64,000 nucleotides of DNA from Chrysomallon squamiferum (Eukaryota > Animalia > Mollusca). The translations under genes and the position numbers were made by a program. The notes under the pieces are model-generated. The model had not been told where the DNA came from. It saw only the letters and a program-made list of their open reading frames with translations, and made no database searches. Positions 53,770 to 64,000 of the stretch are shown here, piece by piece (the stretch's first letter is position 1; each line of letters begins with the position of its first letter). Location of the stretch: positions 13,392,001 through 13,456,000 of the forward strand of contig CM022673.1 of the NCBI GenBank assembly GCA_012295275.1, in the 5' to 3' direction.

Positions 53770-56700
53770 AGAATATATCAATTACTCCATCATTAATGAT
53801 ATTGTTTCAGTTATTTCATCAGTTTACCATTCAAGTGCCTTCAAATTTTTAAATATCTTTTAAGAGCATACATTAAACATTTGACTGTTTTGCATTATCA
53901 AGAGATTTTATAGATTTGCGGAAATTTTGTTATTTTAATTCTGACTTGATAGCACAAATACATATATATCATGATAACCTATTACAAACTGTTTGTTGTG
54001 TCATTTTGTTAAAATTGTTCATTAAGCACAATTTTACTTTGATTAGGACTAGCAGTAAAGAGATAACTGATTTTCCCATTATAAATGTACAAAATATTTG
54101 CTATCAGGTATATCAAACTTTTATCTTATCAGTGTTACCATAATCATGTTTGACTGGTCATATTTTTCTCTAGTACAGTAAATTTTTAAACATTTCATTA
54201 ACTAAACTAGAATCATAATATATCCTAGTGTAGTTCCTGCAATATATGTACTGATTTGTATGTGTGTGAAATTTCTTCCAGATAAAAAAACAAAAAAATA
54301 GAAGAAAAAAGTCATATTGTAAGAAACAGATATAGTTAGGTTCTATGCTTATTATTCAGAAATGATATGGTAACATTTAAATGAAGATGAATATAAAAGA
54401 TACTTTTTTCTTCTTTTTTTTAAATGGAATATTTTTGGCCATGAAAATGGTAATTCATAGTTGTGAGTTGCAACAATGAATATTAGTTTGTTATTACAAG
54501 AGTTTTTGTTCTGTTTTGCTTTTTCAAAGCATCTTTATTCCAGATAAACTTACAAGAGGCTGTTTTATTTTAAATGATTAATATTGAAGAAGTATAACTG
54601 AAATCACTTAGTATCATCTCTAAAGTATTATGATTCATGAAGGATGTTTGGTATGCATAAAAATAGTGCAAAAATAATGTGGAATGTTTGTAAATATTAA
54701 AATATAACTAATTTTAAACTGATTTTAATGATTTATTATTTGTTACTATTTTCCTGGTTTCATTTTTTTTTTTTTTTTTTTTTTCATCTGAAATACATAA
54801 AACAACAAAGTACCAAAATAGTAAAAACTAGATAGCAGAAATTTACATTTGTTAAGACTTTGTTTTTCCCTTCAGTAAACTTAATGTTTGTTTTATGTAT
54901 AGATTAAGTTGTTAGTTTTACAGACTGCTCATAATAGGAATTTATCTTGAAAGCATTCCATACATTATCAAGTAGAAAAATAAAATAACAACTAAAATCT
55001 TAAATAAAGTGGTTTATTTTAATATTTGTTGTTTGTGTTTTTTTTGGTGTATTTATGTGTATTTTCCTTATTTTTTTGTTTGTTGTTTATTATGTGTGGG
55101 TGTGTATGATTTTATATTTTAATATGGTAACGGTCTTTAACCTCTTTATTATGTAACAAATTAATAATTACAGAGTAATAAAATAAATTAAACACCTTAC
55201 AAAATACATCACTGAACAAGGATTTTTTGTAACTGAACATTTGTTGTATGTTTACATTTTATTTTCAAGAATATCATTTTACTTCTGTAATTATCTTTCA
55301 ATAAGAACAAACAAAAATAATAATTATGTCACTGAAGGAGCTCATGAACATCCAAAATTTCTGGTTACATTTATAATTAACTTTTTACAGCAATTCAGTT
55401 CAATGCTTCATTTTCTATTATTTCTACTTTTTTAATCGATTTATCATTTTTTATTTGTGTATACACATACATATATACATGTAGAAACTTAATAAATCAA
55501 AACAAAGTTCCATGATAAATACAATAATTTATTGAAATAAAACAGATGATCACAGATGTACATTAACAATTATCAACACATCCTGAAAATTTAATGTATT
55601 TACAGATCAAAAATGCTGGGAAAATTTTATTGGAAGAATTAAACAATTTGGTTTTTAAAATTAGAATCTGCAATGATTTTATGTACAAATGATTTTCTTT
55701 CACTTTTTAAAAATTGTAATTATAGCAAAAATATTAAAATTAAGTAGCATTTCTTACATTCCCTGTCACGGTTATTAATGCATTGTTTACTTGTATGGCA
55801 GTTATTCCATATTATTCTAGAATAAAATGCTCTATTTTTTAAATAATAAGTGTAAATGAATACACATTAATTAAACAAACAAAAACATCACATTATTTTG
55901 ATTATTTAAAAAGAAAAACAACAAATATATCTTTGTTATTTAAATTTCTTTTTTTTTTTTTCCTCAAAAATAAAAAATAAAATTCTTGCCATGTCTTGTC
56001 TGAACTAAAACAACAGAACATGATTATTTATTTATCTCAACAGATATGATCAAGCATCTAGGAAGACTTCTTGAAACAGCCAAACTTGTTTACCCCTGAA
56101 TTTATTCTTCAACAATATAAAGATTATGTTCATTTTCTTTTTTAAAGCCAATATAGGAAGAAAACTGAGATCATTTGTGTGACATACCAAATACACTTTA
56201 CACAAAAGATGTGTTCATTTTGCCTTTAGGAATGACGTTGTTACTTTGTGACACTTTCAACTGGACGGAGCTGACCATTACTTAGCCAGTGAAATCATTT
56301 TACAGTATTTACAGGAAATATTTTGTTCAGTTCCAGAAAATTAAATGATGCGTTTTATATACAGAAAACCCGAATATTTACAAATTTCATTTAAAAAAAA
56401 AATCGGAGATGGTCTTTTAAAACTGCAGTATATACAGCAAAACTATGTGCGTTTCATTCAGACTTAAAAATTAATTACCTTCATCGCTGAATCATGATAA
56501 CATTTTAAATGATAATTGGATGTGATGCATTTTTGTATGATTTCAACAGTCAATTATGCAAGCTATGTTCCCTCATTTAGAAACAGAGTTTGGTAACTTA
56601 GCAGTTGAAAATTTTAAAGCCTAAAGTATATTTTTAAAAAGAATTTATAAAAATAAAATCTTCTATGAAAATAAGAGATTACAGTCCCATCACCGATGAA

Positions 56701-58073
56701 CTATGAATTACAATAACCTCCTCTGGCCTTATATTGTATTAGTTGTTTTTAAAAAAATCAAATATGCATATCTTCCTCATTACAGCATAAAACAAAAATA
56801 TTAATTAAAACTAATTTAGTTGCTTATGATAAATGAATGAAATTATCACAAAAATTACTTTACTTTCAAATAATATTTGTTTCCATCACATTTATTTAAA
56901 CTGTAATGATTGAAAGTTTTTACCAGTAAAAGATTTTTAACTTAAATGTTTATATCATTTAAATTTTTTTTTTTTTTAAATACACCTTCGCCTTTTGATA
57001 TGTTCTTTCGAAAATATATATTACATTTAATCCTGAAAAGTTATTAATTTTGTTTATTAAACAAAAATAACACTAAATGAAGTCTAGCATGTATTAAATC
57101 TTCCCATTTAAAAAAATTACCTGAATATGCTCATGTTTCCAAGATACTTTAAAGAAAAATAATGAAAAAAATATTTCACAATATGTAAAAACAAAGGTGA
57201 TCTCTTAATTAACAGTTTATGTGGAATGGTCGACTGCTGAATCTGCAGTGTTATAACACACAGCATTTCAAAAACAGAGTGAGTATTAACAATAAGTAAC
57301 AGTGATCTGGTTTACAAATAAAAATGCTATTAAATGTTAAACATGTGAAAAAAAACTGTTGTTTCAACATCTACAACAACATCAAATGTTTTACTTCATC
57401 GGAATTAGCGTAACTTGAGGTAATGGACCAATACTGAAATTACTAATTATGTTAAATACTAAATTTTACAATAGAATGGTTTAACAATGAAATTGTCTTG
57501 TCTGCTGATCTTTATATGAAATGTTGTAGTAGTGAAACCTCATTATAATCCAATGCTGTACTTTACCACACAAACCCTGCCTCACCCTCTAACAATTAAA
57601 CTCCCAATGAATTCCAGTGCTGAATCACATATGAAATGGCCTAAAAGTGAGAGCTTGCATAAATTATACACTGAATTCCTTATGAAAAAGCTCAAAAAAA
57701 AAAAAAACAAAATGTAAACATTTTTAGCTGAGATATTTAAAATAAAAACCTGAATGTAATTAAGTACTGAATTCTGTGTGAAAAGGTCTAACTGTGAAAG
57801 AAGTAATTGTAATCAAATAGTGAAATTCACACAAAATGGACTGACATAAATTTCTTTACCGTAATTAACAACTACAATCAGATATATTATATTCCACGTG
57901 AAATGGTCTAATAAAAATAAAAGAACTATTCATGAAACCATCATGCACTGAGATATTGCATACGCTAAAAAATGGTGACCAGAGAGGCAGATAAAAGTCT
58001 TTTAAAAGCCAAGTTATTGCTCCAAGTTTTCTGTTAATGTCCTTTATCCAAACTGTATGTGTGTCTGAAATCT

Positions 58074-58514
58074 TCAAGTGCCATTTATTCCTGGTCCCCC
58101 GAACACCTCTGAGTAGGATGGTGGTGGTTCAAAAGGTGGAGTCTTCGTTGGCTTTGCCGAGCTGTAGGCAGGGGGAGGGTGAGAAATGGAGGCAAAAAAC
58201 TGGCTGTTTCCACGGAAATCATTCTGGGGTATGAGATCTGGCTCTGAGGAAGAGCACTGGAAATGGAAAAAAAAAGTAATGAATCAAAACTAAATACACC
58301 AGTTTTGACTAAATCAGCAACAGGAAAGAGACTTTTGTTATAGTTATTTTTGAATTTAACAATGCAGTGTTGAGGTAAAATGGCATATCAAAGGGAAAAA
58401 AAAATGTGATATAAATTAGAATTAAAAATAAATATTTAGGGTCCATTTTTGACAGCTAATCCATTACTGTTTTACAATAATAACAACAACAATAACAATA
58501 TAATAATAATAATA

Positions 58515-58582
<68 letters not shown>

Positions 58583-61500
58583 AATAATAATAATAATAAT
58601 AACAACAATAATAACTTTTTGTTTGTAAGGAAAAAATAGATATTCTTTCATGATAGCTGCAATTAATTTTGTTGTCAATTTTTTTGTTAAGTTCTATGAT
58701 GTGTTGTAAATATCAATTTGTGAATGTATTTATTTCTGTAAATTTACAGCTATCATGTTTCCATGACACATTCACTCATCAGTCAGTGTTGTTAAGCATT
58801 CTTTAGCAGGTCACATTTTTAAAAAAAAGCTCACCACATGTACTGTATGAGACGCTGACCCAGTTCGCAGTGGGCTGTAGCCAAAGCCACTGATAAATAT
58901 TACTCCCTGGTTTTGTCGGAATCTCCATAAACAAGTACAGGCAGACAACAGCAAGAGAAAGAACACAAGACCAAACCTGGAAACAGAAAACAAAATCTAT
59001 AATAAGTTTGTTTTAAAAATAATAATAATAAAATATAAATGTTTAATAAATTAATATTAAAAAACAAAATAAGTAATAACTTTGTTTTAAAAAGAATAAT
59101 TATAAAAATAATAATAATAAAATAAAATGTAGCACTTGGTAACTGTGATTGTCAAAACTTTAAACAATAACAATTTTTCCAAAACAAAGTAAAAATGAGA
59201 GAAATAAATATGAAAATATTACTAAAGGAATAAATATGTATATATATATATATATATTTTTTTTCAAAACCATAAAAATAAGTAAATAAGAAACAATAAT
59301 AAAACTAAAACACCACTGACTAATTTTACAAAAAAGAAATACAAAAATATTTCTAAAAGAAAAGAATCATATGTGGTAAAAATAAAAATTAAGAAAAAAA
59401 ATCAAAACATTAAAAATATACTAGTTGAGAATATACATAACTGATAAGAGATATAAAATAATACAAACCAGAAGTACCACAGTTCCCACACTTTGTATGA
59501 AGTGCAGCAGAGATTATCACCACAACAATATTCATCTTCATTACACCTATCACATCAAACATCACAGTTTTATATACTCATTCTCAATACACAATAAAAA
59601 TTAAATATTTTATATTCAAAAATTGAAGTATTATATATTCATCTTCATTAAACAACAAAAATTAAAAATTATATATTCTCCTTATTAAAAAAAAAAAAAA
59701 AATATTACAACAAAAACCAAATATTTGTTTTGATTTATATACTGACAGTACTGTATTTGTGATATTTAAATAAAAATTTTAAAAATTATGGCTCATTAAA
59801 TTAATATTTAAAAGATTTTTTAAATGTATTCACATACAATAACAGTGCATTAAATTATTTACCATGACATTCAATACCTATAGTTAATAACTGAATAAAA
59901 ACAAATGTTAAAGAAAAATACTAATGTTACGCTTTTTCTGGTTAAATTAGGTATACATTACAATTGATAAATTTAAAAAAAAAAAACACAACTGAATACA
60001 GATTAACACATTTTCAACAAAGAGATAAGATTTTCTTGTCATGGTAACAAACTGATACAAAAAAATGATATCCATATTTAACTCACCTTTTACTATCACA
60101 GTAGTATGCTACAACCTACAAAGACAACAATATTCACAGACATTTATATAACATAACAAAAATTCTGACAAAAGAATCTTAAATTGTTCTGAAAATGATA
60201 GTGGTTGGGATGACTGAAACTCTAACATAAGCAACATCTACTACATTAAGAAAAAAATGCATTAATGTGTCAGCACAATAAAGGCATTTTTTGCATTAGC
60301 TTAAAATAGTTGCACATTAATTTCATGTTTTTCAGTGTATGTTTAAAAAATAAATGCTTTTCTCATGATCTGCTCTCTGCTGGATATTCAAGAGTTAGAA
60401 ATGTGAAGTATTTATTCATTCTTACTATCAATGGGAAAACTAAGAATGATGTATACCCTGCTGTCCTACACTGATCTCAATTTGATTGTAAACATAACAG
60501 TTATATTTCTTAACTTTAATTGATTTAGTCATTAAAATTATTTTTTCATTATTTTAAACCTTTAGTTATATGAAAGCCTAAGTAGTGCAGCTTTTAAGTT
60601 TGTTGTTCACAATATATATTATGAATGAGTTTATCAGTTTATGAAAAGAAACCTTTAACAAAATTTAGAAATTATTCTTAGACTTCACAACTATCTTCTA
60701 ACAGAATTTTATCTACAAATTAATTATACTGAACTATTTCTCCTTGATTTTAACAAATGGTAAAAGGTAATTCACATGTTCTGCTGTAATAACAATAACT
60801 TGGGTTTCTATAATTTGTAATTTACCTGAGAATACCTTGAATAAAAATGAATGTTTATTATTTATCTCTCACTTGTATAAAAAATAGAATAAACCCATAA
60901 TATTATAAACACGAAGGAAAAATGGTTTAGACCCCAAAAGTTCGTATTTTTCTCATTTATTAATTATTTATTTGGTTGTCCAAAATGTAATATTAATACT
61001 GACAATGGTATTTTTGTATTACAACGAAAATACGTTTCCACTTCCAAGTCGTCAGAAAATATACACAGATGTTATTGTATTTAAAATAAACAAAGATATA
61101 AAACATTTATGACTCATTTTATATCTTTCAGTTTTCTAAGGAATGAGACTGTTAGTTTTTAAATAAACTGAATCGAGTCATGTCAATTTTCATATTTCGT
61201 TATCTTTAATTTAATTATTAATAAGTTATTAACATTGTGATCATAATTAAATAAAATAGTAACATTAACTATAGACAGACATTTATGAAAATCTGAACAT
61301 CGTATTGTTATTATGTATTGAGCTTTTTTTTTTGAAAATATTCTTATATACTTCATATAGTTTTAATTATGGCACATGGAGAGCTGAGATAAAGTGTTTT
61401 AGCCGACACAATATTCTAGGAATCAGAATGATTACGATTTTTACATCCTGTTGACTTGTAGTTCAATAATTCACGTTATTAACAGATGTTGTATAAATTA

Positions 61501-61645
61501 CATCATAAGCTAAAATAGTATGATTCTATTACAAAATGAAGCAAACAACTGGTATAAGCATTTGTACTGTCATAGCAATACATAATCATACCTGAGACAA
61601 AGAATTAGACAAACACGACAAAAAAGCTACTGTTTTGACTGCCAT
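58074..61645 (-). CDS. WW domain-binding protein 1-like / Shisa-like (WBP1/WBP1L/VOPP1 family) single-pass membrane protein, 161 aa
   Basis: Exons 61645-61592, 60115-60087, 59546-59469, 58976-58835, 58256-58074 (486 nt, in frame): [74 protein letters not shown]...PPAY...PPSY...*. Six-Cys ectodomain, ELWxFW, TM helix and two PPxY motifs. Confidence 0.85.
58486..58615. repeat. compound (AAC/AAT/GAT)n microsatellite
   Basis: Triplet runs; produce the spurious poly-I ORF. Confidence 0.9.
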
Positions 61646-61649
61646 TTTG

Positions 61650-62150
61650 TTTGTGACCTGTGACCTTAAACATCTGATCATTTTCTATTTTGTTGATATT
61701 AAATAAAACATTAAACTATCTCATAAACGTATGTTGTAATTATAATTAACCAGTAATAGAAATTAACGTGTAAACTTTTATTTTCCGAAATTTTATGTTT
61801 AATGAAAATATATTGACATTAAAGTTAATCGAAAGGTAGATAAATATTGATAACCGATGGAAATGACATTTATTGGAAGAGCCAACCTTCTACAAAAATA
61901 TGGTTTTCATTATCACCTTGATTGGTTAGTATTTTTAGAAGTAGATAATAGTCTACCCACAATTCTTTTCGATTCGCTAAATAAACGGGAAAATCCGAAC
62001 TATTCCGAAACTTTCGCATTGTTTCGTCAACCACCATCATGAAAATGACCTACAGTTTTCGCTAAAACAGAGTTATCTATCTTTGATGAAATCGTGACAA
62101 AAAGCCAAAGGGAAAAAACATGTGTTTGTGTAATTATTTTGTGCTTTATT
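61650..62150. promoter_or_regulatory. divergent promoter region WBP1-like (-) / TACO1 (+)
   Basis: Head-to-head arrangement with ~1 kb between start codons. CpG-enriched patch 61960-62100; ATTGG at 61921. Confidence 0.5.
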
Positions 62151-62647
62151 TCTAAGTTATCCGTGTCTAAAATAATATTACCAGTGCTTCTGTGATCTTA
62201 AAGCTTATTAATATTTAAAATTCGTTTAATTAGGTTTACAAGTTTAGTTGTTTCTTTGTATGAATATTAATGTTTGTCAATGATTGAGTGAAGGTTATTT
62301 AACAGTTATAGAATTCTTGTTAGAAAACATTATTTAATGGCTTTAATTTAATCTATCTCGCTCTCTTTCTCTGTCTTTCTGTTTCTCCCACTCTCGCGTT
62401 TTATAATAGCGTCAGGGATTTTTTTTCTCAACTTACAGTCTTAAAATGCGTAGTACGTCATATAAGTTGCAGTCAATTTTTGAAATATTTTGAGTGGATT
62501 ATTAAATAAAACAAATCTTCTTGCATTGATTTATGTTTAGATGATATTTGTACTTCATGTTTCAATAGAGAAGAAAAACAAATTCTTAAATTATGCTTGT
62601 TAATTTTTTTTTTTTTTTTCTCTTTAGAATCAACCTGTTCAGCAAGA

Positions 62648-63779
62648 ATGAGTGGTCAAACTAACAACATTATGCGCTGTATGAAATATTTGGGTTTTAT
62701 CAGACAGACGGCTGGATGGACTCTTCCTGTTTGTCTGCATACGTTACGACCAGCTAGTGCCAGTCTTGGAAGATCATCATGTTTTCATCATGTACAAAAG
62801 TACAGCACACTAACAAACACAACATTCAGTGTGAATCGGATAACAATCCGAGATTGTCTACCTTTCGTATGTTGTCGGGGTATGGCTGGCCACAGCAAAT
62901 GGCACAACATTAAAAATATTAAATTTGCTAAAGACAGTGAGAAGTCAAAACTTAGTTTACATTATTCACGGAAGATAAAAAGTATCATCCGAGGTTTGTA
63001 TGTATTAAAAATCATGCCAGTTAATGTGGAAAAAAAAAAAACATACCTTTTATTATGTTTTTTCTTCCATTTTTTTATCTTTTAATTGTCATGTGGAATC
63101 AGTTAACAAATGTTATATTTTTTTTTTTTTTTTTTTTCTAAATGCTTTTTGAGATACATTTAAACAATGAAATAAAATTATTATTATTTTTATATATATG
63201 AATGTAAAGAATAATAAAATTTGTGGTTTTTAAAAACATTTTATGTTGAAAATACAAGTGTAAAAGAAATATGTTTTAAAACTGCCTCTTTGCTTAGACA
63301 CAGAGCTTGTTATTTTAATTTGCAGAGACTGGAAATGCTGATCCAAAGTTCAATAGTCGACTTGCTAGTGTCATCTCTGAAGCCAAGACTAAGAATGTTC
63401 CCAACAGTACGTTAGAGACAGCAATCAGCCAAGCTGTAAGTGAAATTGTTTAGTTTAGCATAAAACTATTTTATTTTTAATTAACATTATGATTACCTTA
63501 AACAATAAGGAGTTGTTTTGGAAGAATATTTTTATCAGACACTTTCATTACTGTAATGTAAAAGATGAAATATAAAAATACATAGATGTCTTATTAATCA
63601 CATTATTAATATTATGTGTGAATATATTTTTTAAAATTCTAGGTAAGATCAAAGGACTCAACAAAGACAGTTTTGTTTGAAGGTCGGGGGCCTGCAGGAT
63701 CATGGTTCATTATTGAGACCGCAACTGATAAACCTATAAAAACAAAGAACGATCTGCAATCGATTTTCAAAAAATTTGG
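62648..63779 (+). CDS. TACO1: translational activator of cytochrome c oxidase 1 (YebC/TACO1 family), 5' part; continues past the right edge
   Basis: Exons 62648-62993, 63326-63435, 63643-63779. Basic, acidic-poor presequence followed by MAGHSKWHNIK, GNADPKFNSRLA and FEGRGPAGSWFIIETATD, all YebC/TACO1 signatures. Confidence 0.9.
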
Positions 63780-64000
63780 GTATTTGACATTTAAATAAGA
63801 CTATTTAAAATTTGGTTGTATTAATATTTAAACCTTTGCAAAATTTAAATTTGGATCTAGTGGTGATCAGACCTGAGACGAATTAAAAAATAATTTAAAA
63901 AACTATTATTAAAAAATAAATTAAACTGTTTTGATGCTTAAATTTGTGACAATAAAAAATCTCTCTAGGTTGACATTAAAGCATTTTTTTTGTTCTGTTT

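Noticed and set aside
1-64000. Prokaryotic-type systems (CRISPR, operons), tRNA or rRNA genes, SECIS elements
   Set aside because: The sequence is spliceosomal-intron eukaryotic DNA. No repeat-spacer array, cloverleaf, rRNA block or convincing SECIS was seen by eye.

Overview
AT-rich, intron-dense eukaryotic (animal) genomic DNA. An invertebrate, possibly molluscan, origin is an inference from gene content and repeats only. Six protein-coding genes could be spliced together by hand from GT-AG exons. (1) 5' half of MADD (DENN-domain Rab3/Rab27 GEF), minus strand, running off the left edge. (2) Complete NAT10, minus strand, 26 coding exons, ~1021 aa. (3) RIC8/synembryn, plus strand, 15 exons, with a 1-nt frameshift in exon 14. 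(4) PDIA4/ERp72, plus strand, three CGHC motifs and RDEL. (5) A WBP1/WBP1L-like single-pass PPxY membrane protein, minus strand, largely missed by the ORF track. (6) 5' part of TACO1, plus strand. The best novel signal is in MADD: a tandem-duplicated, phase-0 exon pair only 59 nt apart, probably mutually exclusive, surrounded by ACTAAC and TGCATG splicing-regulator motifs. MADD also has a candidate internal first exon in frame with the core DENN exons, preceded by an in-frame MGGSCC...TGA uORF. No prokaryotic system, CRISPR array, tRNA or rRNA was seen. All coordinates were counted by hand.
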